Under the pieces are notes generated by a model. It saw only the letters and a list, made by a program, of their open reading frames with translations. It was not told the DNA's origin and did no database searches. A program made the position numbers and the translations under genes. Positions 13,101-28,100 of a stretch of 64,000 nt of DNA are shown here, one piece after another (the first letter of the stretch is position 1; each line of letters starts with the position of its first letter). The stretch is from the NCBI GenBank assembly GCA_030390025.1, contig CM059432.1, positions 17,734,001 through 17,798,000 on the forward strand. The letters are read 5' to 3'. This stretch comes from Squalus acanthias (Eukaryota).

Positions 13101-16100
13101 CCCAACAGCCAATTTACGCACAGCAAGCTCCCACAAATAGCAATGTGATAACGACCAGATAATCTGTTTTAGTGATGTTGATTTAGGGATAAATATTGGC
13201 CAGGACACCAGGGATAACTCCCCTGCTCTTCTTTGAAATAGTGCCATGGGATAGACATAGAAAACATAGAAAAATAGGAGCAGGAGTAGGCCATTCGGCC
13301 CTTCAAGCCTGCTCCGCCATTCAATACGATCATGGCTAATCCTCTATCTCAATACAATATTCCCGCTCTCTCCCCATACCCCTTGATGCCTTTTGTGTCT
13401 CGAAATCTACCTATCTCCTTCTTAATCCACAGCCTTCTGTGGTAGAGAATTCCATAGGTTCACCACCCTCTGAGTGAAGAAATTTCTCCTCATCTCAGTC
13501 CTAAATGTCCTACCCCGTATCCTGAGACTGTGACCTCTCGTTCTAAACCCCCCAGCCAGGGGAAACATCCTCCCTGCATCCAGTCTGTCTAGCCCTGTCA
13601 GAATTTTATACCTTTCAATGAGATCCCTTCTCATTCTTCTAAACTCTAGTGAATACAGGCCTAGTCGACCCAATCTCTCCTCATACGACAGTCCTGCCAT
13701 CCTAGGAATCAGTCTGGTGAACCTTCGCTGCACTCCCTCTATGGCAAGTATATCTTTTCTTAGGTAAGGAGACCAAAACTGCACACAGTACTCCAGGTGT
13801 GGTCTCACCAAGGCCCTGCATAACTGTAGTAAGACATCCTTGCTCCTGTACTCAAATCCTCTTGCAATGAAGGCCAACATACCATTTGCCTTCCTAACTG
13901 CTTGCTGCACCTGCACGCTTGCTTTCAGTGACTGGTGTACAAGGACACCCAGGTCCCTCTGTACATGAAACATTTCCCAATCTATCACCATTTAAATAAT
14001 ACTCTACCTTTCTGTTTTTCCTACCGAAGTGGATAACTTCACATTTATCCACATTATACTGCATCTGTCATGTATTTGCCCACTCACTTGAAGCCTCTTT
14101 GCATCCTCCTCACAACTCACAATCCCACCTAGTTTTGTGTCGTCAGCAAACTTGGAAATATTACATTTGGTTCCCTCATCCAAATCATTGATATATATTG
14201 TGAATAGCTGGGGCCCAAGCATTGATCCCTGCAGTAGCCCACTAGTCACCGCCTGCCACCCCGAAAAAGACCCATTTATTCCTACTCTCTGTTTCCTGTC
14301 TGTTAACCAATTTTCAATCCATGCCAGTATATTACCCCCAATCCCATGTGCTTTAATTTTGCACACTAACCTCTTAGGTGGGACTTTATCAAAGGCCTTC
14401 TGAAAATCCAAATACACCACATCCACTGGTTCTCCCTTATCTATTCTACCAGTTACATCCTCAAAAAACTCCAGTAGGTTTGTCAAACACGATTTCCCTT
14501 TCATAAATCCATGTTGACTTTGTCTAATCCCGTTGATATTTTCTAAGTGTCTTGTTATCACATCCTTTATAATGAACTCTAGCATTTTCCCTACTACTTT
14601 TACATCTTTAACATCTCATCTGACAGTGCAGCACTCCCTCAGTACTGCACTGGACTGTCAGCCTAGATTTTGGTGCTCAAGTCTCTTGAACCCACAACCT
14701 TCTGACTCAGAGGCGAGAGTGCTACCAACTGAGCCACAGCTTAAAGTATTTACCATAATTAAAATTAAACACACCAGGCTCCCTGATGTCCCGGGGGGTA
14801 AATGCTCTCTGTGGTATGGTACTGAGACATACAAGTCTGATTCCTAGTCAATGCTGACTTAGCTGATCTCAGCCCAGGTAGTAATGGCCTGAATGTCCCT
14901 GGGATAGGGAGGGACAACAAAAAAATGATCAGCCAGACATGCATGTGTCATTGTATCTGCTGTTGTAGGCCCACTATGTCTATGTTGGTTGTGTTGGCAG
15001 TCTAATGTTAGTATTGTTTTCTTGGAGTCCTGATTTCTGTGCATGCTGGCATCCCTCATACACCAGTGCTCGTATGTTGTGGTATCCCGTGGTGCTAGGA
15101 TATGCATTCTCAGGTATTCATAAGAACATAAGAAATAAGAGCAGGAGTAGGCCATACGGCCCCTCGAGCCTGCTCCGCCATTCAATAAGATCATGGCTGA
15201 TCATCAACCCAACTCCACTTTCCCGCCTGATTTCCATATCCCTTGATTCCCCTAGAGTCCAAAAATCTAATATCTCAGCCTTGAATATACTCAAAGACTC
15301 TGTTTTCACAGCCCTCTGGGGCAGAGAATTCCAAAGATTCACAACCCTCTGAGTGAAGAAATTCCTCCTTATCTCAGTCTTAAATGGCTGACCTCTTATC
15401 CTGAGACTATGCCCCCTAGTTCTAGACACTCCAGCCAGGGGAAACAACCTCTCAGTATCTACCCTGTCAATCCCCTTCAGAATCTTGTATGTTTCAATGA
15501 GATCACCTCTCATTCTTCTAAACTCCAGAGAGTATAGGCCCATTCTACACAATCTCTCATCATAGGACAGCCCTCTCATCCCAGGAATCAATCTAGTGAA
15601 CCTTTGTTGCACCGCCTCCAAGGCAAGCATATCCTTCCTTAGATAAGGAGACCAAAACTGTGCACAGTACTCCAGGTGTGGTCTCACCCAGGCCCTGTAC
15701 AATTGTAACAAGACTTCCTTACTCTTATACTCCAACCCCCTTGCAATAAAGGCCAACATGCCATTTGCCTTCCTTATTGCTTGTTGTACCTGCATACTAG
15801 CTTTCTATGTTTCTTGCACGAGGACACCCAAATCTCTCTGAACACCAACATTTGAAAGTTTCTCACCATTTAAAAAATATTCTGTTTTTCTATTCTTCCT
15901 ACCAAAGTGAATAACCTCACATTTCCCTACATTATACTCCATCTGCCACCTTACTGCCCACTCACTTAGTCTATCTATATCCCTTTGCAGACTCTTTGGG
16001 CTGGATTTTGATACTGGGGCGGGTTGGGGTCGTGTCATCTGCATTTCGTGTTACCCACCCGACTGCATTTGGATGTGGGAGATTGATGCAATTTTCACTT

Positions 16101-19100
16101 AATTGGGCAATTGAGTTCCAGCATATGAGAACCCATGAACCAGTTAGTGGTTTCAGTCTGAAAGTTGCCTCTGATGATGTCATCATTGCTGCTGCATTGC
16201 AGGTCAGGTCAGAGACTGCCTGAGAGAGAGAGAGAGAGAGAGATTTTTTTTTTGCATCCAGGTCCTCTCACAGCAAAGGCCAGGCAGTCTCTGAAGACAT
16301 TCAATGCAGCAGCATCAGAGGCGACTTTCAGACCTAATACTACTACTACCTTCATCACATCTCCGTTGTAATAGTGGACCTGCAGCTGATAGTCAGCTAT
16401 CCACTTGTGCTCCCGCCAGGTTTCACTGGCGTGTTTCAGATCAGGCGTGCTTCACGTGGGAAAAGGGTTAAACTAGCTAAAACGTTTCAAAATGGCATTA
16501 CAGAGCCAATTTAGGGGTTGTTAAGGGCTTTAATGGCCTCTCCTGCCTCTTGGAGGCGGGACGGAGACGGGACCACCACACACGATTTCATCAAAATTGC
16601 GTGGAGACGGAATGGAGGCGGGATTGGGTCCGCCCACCACTTTTCGCAATTTTAACCCCCCACACGCCTCCAAACCCGCCTCCACGGGTCTATGAAAATC
16701 CAGCCCTTTGTGTTTTCCTCACAGCTTACTGTCCCAGCTAGCTTTGTATCATCAGAAAACTTGGATACATTACACTCGGTCCCTTCATCTAGGTTATTAA
16801 TATAGATTGTAAATAGCTGAGGCCCCAACACTGATCCTTGCAGCACCCCACTAGTTACAACCTGCAAACCTGAAAAAGATCCGTTTATCCCTACTCTCTG
16901 CTTTCTATCCGTTAATCAATCCTCTATCCATGCTACTATATTACCCCCAACCCCATGTGCCCTAATCTTGTGTAATAACCTTTTATGTGGCACCTTATGG
17001 AATGCCTTTTGGAAATCAAATATGCTACATCCTCTGGTTCCCCTTTCTCTATCTTGCTAGTTACATCCTCAAAAAACTCTAATAAATTTGTCAAACACGA
17101 TTTCCCTTTCATAAAACCATGTTGACTCTGCCTAATCATGTTATGATTTTCTAAGTGACTTGATACCACTTCCTTAACAATGGGTTCCAGCATTTTACCG
17201 ATGACTGATGTCAGGCTAACTGGCCATAGAAACATAGAAGATAGGAGCAGGAGTAGGCCATTCGGCCCCTCGAGCCTGCTCCGCCATTTAATGAGATCAT
17301 GGCTGATCATCCAAATTCAGTACCCTGTCCCTGCTTTCTCCCCATATCCCTTGATCCCTTTAGCCTTAAGAAATATATCTAACTCCTTCTTGAATATATT
17401 TAATGAATTGGCCTCAACTGCCTTCTGTGGTAGAGAATTCCACAGGTTCACCACTCTCTGGGTGAAGAAATTCCTCCTCATCTCAGTCCTAAATGGCTTA
17501 CCCCTTATCCTTAGACTGTGACCCCTGGTTCTGGACTCCCCCGCCATCGGGAACATCCTTCCTGCATCTAGTCTGTCTAGTCCTGTTAGAATTTTATAAG
17601 TTTCAATGAGATCCCCTCTCATTCTTCTAAACTCTAGCGAATACAAGCCCAATCGTCCCAATCTCTCTTCATACGTCATTCCTGCCATGCCAGGTATCAG
17701 TCTGGTGAATCTTCGCTGCACTCCCTCCATGGCAAGAACATCCTTCCTCAGATAAGGCAACCAAAACTACACACAATACTCAAGGTGTGGTCTCACCAAG
17801 GCCCTGTACAACTGCAGCAAGACATCCTTGCTCCTGTACTCGAATCCTCTCGCTATGAAGGCCAACATACCATTTGCCTTCTTAACCGCCTGCTGCACCT
17901 GCATGCTTACCTTCAACGACTGGTGCACAAGGACACCCAGGTCTCGTTGCACTTCCCCTTCTCCCAATCTATTGCCGTTCAGATAATAATCTGCCTTCCT
18001 GTTTTTGCTACCAAAGTGGATAACCTCGCATTTATCCACATTATACTGCACCTGCCATGCATCTGCCCAATCACCCAACCTGTCCAAATCATACTGGAGT
18101 TTCTCTGCATCCTCCTCACAGCACACACGCCCACCCAGCTTTGTGTCGTCTGCAAACTTGGAGATATTACATCTAGTTCCCTCGTCTAGATCATTAATAT
18201 ATATTGTGAATAGCTGGGGTCCTAGCACCTATCCCTGCGGTACCCCACTAGTCACTGCCTGCCACTCGGAAAAAGACCCGTTTATTCCAACTCTTTGCTT
18301 CCTGTCTGCCAACCAGTTCTCTATCCAAGTCAGTACCTTACCCCCAATCCCATGTGCTTTAACTTTGCACGCTAATCTCTTATGCGGGACCTTATCGAAA
18401 GCCTTCTGAAAGTCCAAATACACCACATCCACTGGTTCTCCCTTATCTATTCTACCAGTTACATCCTCAAAAAATTCCAGTAGATTAGTCAAGCATGATT
18501 TACCTTTAGTAAATCCATGTTGACTTTGTCCGATCCTGTCACTGTTTTCCAAGTACTCAGCTATTACATCCTTTATAATGGACTCTAGCATTTTCCCCAC
18601 GACTCATGTCCTACTTACTGGTCTATAATTCCCCGTTTTCTCTCGACCACCTTTTTTAAATAGTGGGGTTACATTAGCTACCCTCCAATCCATGGGAACT
18701 GTGCCAGAGTCTATAGGATTTTGGAAGATGACCAGCAATGCATCTACTATTTCTTAGGCCAGTTCCTTAAGTACCCTAGGATGTAGATTATCAGGCCCTG
18801 GGGATTTATCGGCCTTCAATCCCATCAATTTCCCAAACACCATTTCCCTACAAATACTGATTTCATTCAGTTCCTCCCTCTCATTAGACCCTATGTTCCC
18901 CGACATCTCTGGGAGGTTATTTGTGTCCTCCTTTGTGAAGACAGAATCAAAGTATGTATTTAATTGGTCAGCCATTTCTTTGTTCCCCATTATAAATTCC
19001 CCTGATTCTGACTGCAAGGGACCTACGCTTGACTTCAGCAATCTTTTTCTCTTCACATATGTATAGAAGCTTTTACAGCCAGTTTTTATGTTCCCTGCAA

Positions 19101-22100
19101 GCTCACTCTCATACTCTATTTCCCCCCTCTTAATTAATCCTTTTGTCCTCCTTTGCTGAATCCTAAACTGCTCCCAATCCTCAGGTTTGCTGCTTTCTCT
19201 GGCCAATTTATATGTCCTCTCCTTGGATCTTATGCTGTCCCTAATTTCACTTGTTAGCCACGGTTGCACCACCTTTTTTGTTTTATTTTTATGCCAGACA
19301 GGGAACAACAAATTCTGTAGTTCATCCATGCGATCTTTAAATGTTTGCCATTGCCTATCCACCGTCAACCCTTTAAGTAACAGTCCCCAATCCATCCTAG
19401 CCAACTCGCGCCTCATATCATCATAGTTTCCTTTATTTAAATTCAGGACCCTAGTCTCTGAGTCAACTACTTCACTCTCCATCTTAATGAAGAATTCTAT
19501 CATATTATGATCGCTCCTCCCCAAGGGGCCTTGCACAACAAGATTGCTAATTAATCCTTTCTCATTACATAATACCCAGTCTAAGATGGCCTGATCTCTA
19601 GTTGGTTCCTCGACATATTGGTCCAGGAAAACATCCCGTATACACTCTAGGAATTCCTCCTCCACAGTATTGTTACTAATTTGGTTAGCCCAATCTATAT
19701 GTAGATTAAAGTCGCCCATGATAACTGCTGTGCTCTTATTGCACGCTTCTCTAATTTCCCTTTTAATGCCATCCCCAACCTCCGTATTACTGTTTGGGGG
19801 TCTATACACCACTCCCACTAGCGTTTTCTGCCACTTGGTATTTCTCAGTTCTACCCATACAGATTCCACATCATCAGAGCTAATATCCTTCCTTACTATT
19901 GTGCTAATCTCCTCTTTAATCAGCAATGCTACCCAACCTCCTTTTCCTTTTTGCCTGTCCTTCCTGAATGTTGAATTCCCAGCCTTGGTCACCCTGGAGC
20001 CAAGTCTCCGTAATCCCAATTATATCATATCTGTTTATATCTATTTGTGCAGCTAATTCATCCACCTTATTACGAATGCTCCTCGCATTATTACACAAAG
20101 CCTTCAGGCTTGTTTTTTTAACACTCTTAGTCCTTTTAGAATTATTATTTACTGTGGCCCTGTTTGATTTACACCCTTGATTTCTCTGCCTTCCACTTTT
20201 GCTTTTCTCCTTCCTGTCTTTTGCTTCTATCCTTGCTTCCCTTTCCTCTATCTCCCTGCACAGGTTCCTAACCCCCTGCCATTTTAATTTAAACTCTCCC
20301 CAACAGCACTAGCAAACACTCCCCCTAGGTCATCGGTCCTGGTCCTGCCCATGTGCAAACCGTCCAGTTTGTACTGGTCCCACCTCCCCCAGAACCAGTT
20401 CCAATGTCCCAGGAATTTGAATCCCTCCCCCTTGCACCATTCCTCTAGCCACGTATTCATCTGAAATATCCTTCTATTTCTACTCTGACTAGCACGTGGC
20501 ACTGGTAGCAATCCTGAGATTACTACCTTTGAGGTCCTATTTTTTAATTTACCTCCTAACTCCCTATATTCAGCTTTTAGGACCTCATCCCATTTTTTAC
20601 CTATATCGTTGGTACCTATATGCACCACGACAACTGGCTGTTCACCCTCCCCCTCCAGAATGCCCTGCAGCCACTCCGAGACATCCTTGACCCTTGCACC
20701 AGGGAGGCAACATACCATCCTGGAGTCTCGTTTCCCCTTACAATAGAATCCCCTATCACTATAGCTTTCCCGCTCTTTTTCCTCCCGTCCTGTTCAGCAG
20801 AACCACCCATGGTACCAGGAAGTTGGCTGCTGCTGCCTTCCCCCGATAAGCCATCTCCCCTGTAGTTCCCTGTTTTTTCTCTCCCTCCTTTCTTGAATAG
20901 CGGTGTTACATTTGCGACCTTCCAATCCGTTGGCACCATTCTAGAATCTAGGGAATTTTGGAAGATCAAAACCAATGCATCCACTATCTCTTCAGCCACC
21001 TCTTTTAGAACCTTAGGATGTAGGCCGTCAGGTCCAGGGGATTTGTCGGCTTTCAGTCCCATTAGTGTCTCTAGTACTTTTTCTCTACTTATATTAATTA
21101 CATTAAGTTCCTCACCCTCATTAGACTCTTGGGGCTGGATTTTCATTGACCCGTGGAGGCGGGTTTGGAGGCGTGTGGGGATTAAAATTGCGAAAACTGG
21201 CGGGCGGGCACAAGTCCGCCTCCATCCCGCCTCCACGCAATTTTTATTAAATCGTGTCTGCTGATCCCGACTCCGTCCCGCCTTTAAGAGGCGGGATAGG
21301 CTGTTAAGGCCCTCAACAAGCACTAAATTGGCTCTATAATGCCATTTTGAAAGGCCTTTGTGATTTTAACCCTTGTTCAACGTGAAGCACGCCTGTTCTG
21401 AACCATGAATGTGAAACCTGGCGGTAACACATTTCGAAAGCTGACTATCAGCTGCAGGTCCACTATTACAACGGAGAAGTAGTAGTAGTAAAAATTATCT
21501 GGGAGCAGATCTAGGGCTTTGCCTTCAGCTCTCTCTCTCTCTCTCTCTCTCAGCAGACTTTTGCATCCAGGTCCTCTCACAGCAAAGGCCAGGCAGTCTT
21601 TGCAGACCTTCAATGCAGTAGCAATGATGACATCATCAGAGGCGACTTTCAGACTGAAAACACTAATTGGTTCATGGGTTCCCACATGCTGGAACTCAAT
21701 TGCCCAATTAGGTGAAAATCGCATCAATCTCCCACATCCAATTCCAGTCGGGTGGATAACACGAAAAGTGGATAACATGACCCTAGCCCGCCCCAGTATC
21801 AAAATCCAACCCATAGTTCCTCATAGTTTAGTGCTAATATCTATATGCACTGGTGTCTCTGGTGTTCTCGTGACATTGTAGGCTTGACCACTAAATTCAA
21901 CATCGTTGCACTCATTTTCTAGGTGTGAAACAGGCGCAACAATAACCAATTTACAGGGCAGAGGCCTGCACGGGCGTTCGGGCCACTGCTAAATTGGTCA
22001 GGGCTTTTGATTAAGGTGGCCCTGGCTTCGCAAGCTCTGACCATTATTTCCAGGCCTTATGCTGCCTAACTAGTGGTCCTTAATGGTCGCTCAAAATCAT

Positions 22101-25100
22101 GCCCCAAAACTTGCTGAAATGTCCTTTTTTTTGGAGTCAGAAGGAGCAAGAGTGCTCTTGCCCTAGCCCTCCTCCCCACCCCCATCTCCCCCCAGACTTG
22201 CCTGTGGGCCTCGAAACTGGCTGAAATTAGTTAGGCCCCAACAGGTGAGCTGTGTCAGGGTGCCCGATTGGCACCTACAGCTTGCCTGAATGATGATGAT
22301 GAGGCCTGAGGACGTATTTAAGTCGGTCCTCGGACCTGTCCATCCTGGCGTGTCCTCACTGCGCACCGCCTGGTTTTGGGTGCTGTCCAATTTCTAGCCT
22401 AGTGAGTTTAAAACACACCCATCATAGAATCCAACTAATTAGTACAGAGCTTATGATGGATGGATGACGTTTTCTCATGTTCTTTGCTCACCTGTGAGCA
22501 TTAGTGAAGAAAAAAGGTCACAACAACAGTTCCCTCTATCACTACAGGAGTGCTCTCCCCTAAAAACAATTCCACAAATATTCAAATCTGAAAATTTTGA
22601 GGTCTCTTACCCCAATACACAAATGTCACAAGAAGCACCATTAAAACATTCATGCTGTGACCTAGAGCAGATCATGGATGAACCTAGCTACATTGAGTTC
22701 ATATGCCAATGATTTACCCTCAGTCCCAAAAGTGCATCTTAGTTAATAATCTAAAGGTATTATTCCAGCCCGATGTGCCAGCCAATGCTTCCTGCTATAT
22801 AAAAGAAGAAGAAATAGAGAACTTGCATTTATATAGCGCCTTTCATAACCTCAGGATGTCCTAAAGCGCTTTACAGGCAATTAAGTATTTTTGAAGTGTC
22901 ATCACTGTTGTAAGGTAGGGAAACGTTTATCGCTAGGCTGCTGCCAACAAGGGAACCACTGGACTACGCCAAAAACTGGCCTTTGCTATAGCCACGCATC
23001 CCTGGGCTTTTGTTTCTTTCAAGGTTCATTTGCGGCTCATCTATGTGTGTTTCCTTCCTGCTATTAAATTTGCCTCTAATTGTCAGGCCTCTTTATTCAC
23101 TTGCAAGCCAAACAAAAAAGAAGCAGAGCAATGTCAGACTGTTGGAATGCACTGATATCTGACCTCCGGCTAAGCATCAGAAGAGAAACAGATGGGACAG
23201 GTACGACTTGTCCTGGACACGTATTTCCGAGGACCTGGCTGGAGTTTTTTTTAAGAGCCTCGCACAACTTTGCCAGTTAGGCAGCTTGTGAACCTAAGGA
23301 GAACGCACGAGAACACACTCTGCTTAGCACAGGGATCCCTGCGAGATTGATTGCTGCCGATTAGTATTCCAGGTGGCTACCAGCTGGCATCACCCACACG
23401 GCAGGCTGCACGGCTCAGAACTGCTGAAGCTCAGAACCGACTGCAATGAGAGCTCAGGCGGAATCCAAGTCTGAGTTCTGAATTGAATTTTCTGGTAATC
23501 ATAATACTCATTAAAGTGGTTCTCGCCCTGGGACATTTTGTCAGCCAAGTTAAGCACGCCAAGCCAGGTTAGGGCATATTTATGGCACTGAGTCCCCGTG
23601 CTATGGAATCTGCTCTGTTTGTATTTAATTTGTTTTTTTTTTAAAAATGAACGACACTTCAATCTGCTCCTACTATTATGCAGTTTAATATAGTCAAAAT
23701 GCTTTATGACACACGATTAGAAATTTCTCTTTGCGGTATTAATGGACGAATGGTTAATGCATTTTGTATGACATTCCTCTGACTGCTATTTTAAACTGAA
23801 TATTAATCTGTTTGCTTTAAACTGGTTAACGCATCCAATAAAATCTCAGATAGAAGACGGTTTGCATGAATGTGTTAAGTGTTCATAATATTGGAAACAG
23901 CAGTTTCTAGGCTATAATTTCTTGAAACCTTCCAAAACTGGGAGCTTTTCGTTCTTATTCAAGTGAGGATCTGACCACAGATCCTACTAGTCAGAGAAAA
24001 AAAAGACTGTCAACCACTTCTGACCTAAACAACACTGCAGCTTGGTGCCGTGTGGTTTGTGCATTTACCTTCCGAATGGTGCAGCATGGCAAGCGACCAC
24101 AGTTCCTGCTCTCCGCACACAGGCTTTACCACTGTGTGGGGGGTTTCCTGTCAATCGGGGAAGGACATTGGGAACAGCCACCTCTTCCTGGTTTCATTCT
24201 ATAATTTAAGGCCTATTCACATCAGCCTCTAAACATTGCTCCAAGTATATAAATTTCCCTTTTTAAAAAAAAAATTGTGAGGCTGGATCATTGCCCTCAG
24301 AGGGGGGAACCGCAGTCATGCTTTCTGCACAGTTGGGGATATTTATTTATTTTTAAAAAGACAGCTTCTTCTGGGTTGAATACCTGTGTTCAGCTCCTGG
24401 CTGGCAGTGAATCTCCATATTTAAATAAACATTTACTACCACTCGGTGATAAACAGGTTAGATTGAAGACCCTGACTAGTTTCCAATAAAGGGAGAGGAC
24501 TTTTCTTTTCCAGAGTATTTTTTTCCCTTATTTATTGCCCCTGGGTTTTACTCTGTTTTTTTTTGTCTCTCCATGGTTACAAGGCTGTAGGGTGTTAGGA
24601 AGAGTCTATTCATGATGCTCCAGACATAGTGTGTATGGGGCTGGCTTGATGGTCTTTTCCTGCCTGTCATTTTCGTACGTGTCTTGTGCCAGACTCAGAA
24701 CAAATTAGGTCTCGTCCTTTTGTAAATTCTGCTTATTTAGTTACCATGGAAAAGTGTCAAGAGTTTGAAAGCTATGAATGAAGGAAATACCTTCGTTCGG
24801 GCAAGTACATTGGACTTGAATTTCTCAGTCAATACTTCGACCACATTGGTGTGCCCTCGTTCGGCAGCGATGTGTAATGGTGACCGGTCCAGCTGTAACA
24901 TAGGAAGAGACAACGTGGGTCCACATTAAATCACCACAAAATTCAATGTAATCCAATACTGTTGACCTCGTTTTTAGAGTTACTTATCCCTCTGTTTATA
25001 CTGGATGTGCTTATCGAAGCCTTGTATATTTTATGTTCCCCGCAATCCTCACCTCAATGTCTGCACGTAAGTAAAATTGTAGTTTCGCTCTAGGGGGGAG

Positions 25101-28100
25101 AAATTTGGTTGGTTAGCGCCTCCCGTTAGCGCGGGGGGGGGCGCTAAGGGATTAGCGACCGGGCGCGGCGAATGCAGCGACTCCCGCGAACGTCACAGTG
25201 CCGGTTTAGCGCTGGCGCCAACTCTTACCGCCTGGGCCTCTAGCGCCCCGCAGATTGTGACATCATAAAGTGCGCAGCACCCCGTTATCGCCCCAGATGT
25301 GAAATTGCCTCCCGCCCCCTGCTGTATCGCCGGGCATGAACAACGGCAGGAAGAGGAGGCGTTGTCAACTCGGCTGTCCGCTTGAGGAGCGCTAAATAAA
25401 GGGAATAGTTTTCAGGTAGAATCATAGAATGGTTACAGCACGGAAGAAGGCCATTCGGCCTGTCGAGCCCGTGCTGGCTCTCTGCAAGAGCACTTCAGCT
25501 AGTCCTACTCCCCCGCCCTTTCCCCGCAGCCCTGCGAATGTTTTTCTTCCAGGTACTTATCCAATTCCCTTTTGAAAGCCACGATTGAGTCTGCCTCCAC
25601 CACCCTTTCAGGCAATGCATTCCAGATCCTAACCACTCGCTGCGTAAAAAAGTTTTTCCTCATGTCGCCTTTGGTTCGTTTGCCAATCACCTTAAATCTG
25701 TGTCCTCTGGTTCACGACCCTTCTGCCAATGGCAACAGTTTCTCTCTATTTACTCTGTCCAGACCCCAACCGTTATTATTTGCACCAGTCTGGTGTCTGC
25801 TCAAAGTTTTTGATGTTTCATTGCTGCAAGATGTCCAAGCCCTCCACTTTGAGAGTGTGTTTGGGGCTGTAATGGCAGTTGTGCAGGTCGCCTTGCAACG
25901 CAGAATTGCTGACAAGTAGACTGTGCACCATCATTGGCCCTTCCACTGAAGCGAGGGAAGCAGCCTCTGATGCCGTTAGCAATGCGCTGCAAATTGTTCA
26001 GCGCTCTGCCGCTACCGCCCTGCTCTCGGACTTTAGCGCCCTACGAAAAGTGGTTAGCGCTTGATTTAGCGCTCTGCTTCCCTTTTGGAGCACTAAAGCT
26101 GAATTTTCTGGCAGGAGAGAATCATTAGCGCCTGGCGCTACTTTCTCTACTTTTCAAAAGTTTCTAGCCCTCGGTGTTCACAAAATCACAAGATAATTAC
26201 AGAGGAGGAAGGTCATTCGGCCCATCTTAACTCATCCATCCAGACAGATCCTAACATCACCCCACTGTAATCCAATTGTTTCTGAAATGGTTTTTGCCTC
26301 CGCTACTCTATCTCTGGAAGTTTACTTCACACATTCATGTAAAGAAGTATTTCCTAACATCAGTCCTAAAATTAGCTTTTACTTGTTTGAACCTGTGTCC
26401 CCTAGTTCCATTACTGCAGTTTGATTAAAGAACTATTCTGGATTACCTTTTCTGTACCTTTATCAATCTAGATACCACTTTATCACCCCTCAGACACCTT
26501 CCTTTCCAGGCTAAAAAGTTCAGGTTTCTCCAGCTTTTCCTCATAATTCAATAAATCTGATAATTTGTGGGCTAGAAAATGATCATGAAAGTTGCTGTAT
26601 TGTTAACAACAACAACGTGTATTTATACAGCGCCTTCAACATAGTAAAACATCCCGAGGTGCTTCACAGGAGCGTTAGAAAGCAAAATTTGATACCAAGC
26701 CACATAAGGAGATATTAGGGCAGATGAGTAGGTTTTAAGCAGCGTCTTAAAGGAGGAGAGAGAGGTAGAGAGGCGGAGAGGTTTAGGGAGGGAATTCCAG
26801 AGCTTAGGGCCTTCTGCAGCCAAAGGCACGGCCGCCAATGGCGTAGCGATTAAAATCGGAGATGCTCAAGAGGCCAGAATTTGAGGAGTGCAGATATCTC
26901 GGGGTGTTGTGCGGCTGGAGGAGATTACAGAGATAGAGAGGGGCGAGGCCATGGAGGGATTTGAAAACAAGGATGAGAATTTTAAAATCGAGGCGTTGCT
27001 TAACCGGTTGCCAATGTTGGTCAGTGAAGGGGTGAACGGGACTTGGTGCGAGTTAGGACACGGGCCTAAAAGTCATTAATGTCTTTCAACGAAAGGAGCC
27101 TGCTACCCCCTACCTACTCTGGCCTACATGTAACTCCAGTTCACTCTTAATGCTCTCATGAATGGGCCATAAATACTGGCTAATCAATGTCATTCACAAC
27201 CCAAGAACTTTTTATTTTACAGTAGAGACAACTTTTGAATTGGTCTTTTGCTTTTTTTTTGCTTTGTATTTTTGAGGCTCCTAGTTCCATTTATTTGGGA
27301 AATTTCACTAAATTATAATGTTAGGCTGCAATATGTTTTCCTAATGGTAATTATATATATATATAAAGAAAATAAAGACTTGCATTTATATCGCCTTTTA
27401 TGACGTCCCAAAGCGCTTCACAGCCAATTAAGTATTTTTTGAAGTGGAGTCACTGTTGCAATGTAGGAAATGCAGCAGCCAATTCGCACACAGCAAGTTC
27501 CCACAAACAACAATGTGATAATGATCAGATAATCTGTTTTAGTGATGTTGGTTGATGGATAAATATTGGCCAGGACACCGGGGAGAACTCCCCTGCTCTT
27601 CTTTGAATAGTGCTGTGGGATTTTATATGTCCCAAAGGGTAAACGGGGCCTTAGTTTAACGTCGCATCCAAAAGACAGCACCTCTGACAGTGCAGCACTT
27701 CCTCGCTCCTGCACTAGAGTGACAGCCTAGATTTTGTGCTCAAGTCTTTGGAGTGGGACCTGAACCCACAACCTTCTGACTCAGCCAAGAGTGCTCCAAC
27801 TGAGACACAGCTGAAACATAATAGATATCGAGAGAAGGAGGCCAGCTTTATAAGGAGATCCGACGCCTTGCATATACTCAGCCACCAGGGTATCTAGGTC
27901 TAGAAGATCTTATTTGAACATCTCCCTGGAGTTATGTGTAAGCAGGCTGACGATCAGCCCAGAGGTGCTCTATTCTAAAAGGAGATCTGCAAACTTCATC
28001 AAGAAACAGGACAATGCTTACATTGGCTCAGAAAGACATTACTGTGCTTAATTACTTACCCCACTGGCTCATTCCATTGGGTTACAGGTGACTTCAACTA

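Larger units (their letters stand above)
15118..21131 (-). mobile_element. Host CR1 LINE (15118-17226 and 20861-21131) interrupted by a MITE and a nested CR1
   Basis: ORF2 pieces 15118-15795, 15805-16044, 16652-16867, 16936-17310 and the ~20860-21130 part of ORF 20616-21323; the host continues across 17226/20861 (ctaactggcc|tgtagttccctg). Confidence 0.88.

Noticed and set aside
22492..22559. Possible cassette exon with a strong CAG|GTGAGC donor
   Set aside because: 68 nt, in-frame stop and no homology; the flanking TRPN1 exons already join without a gap.
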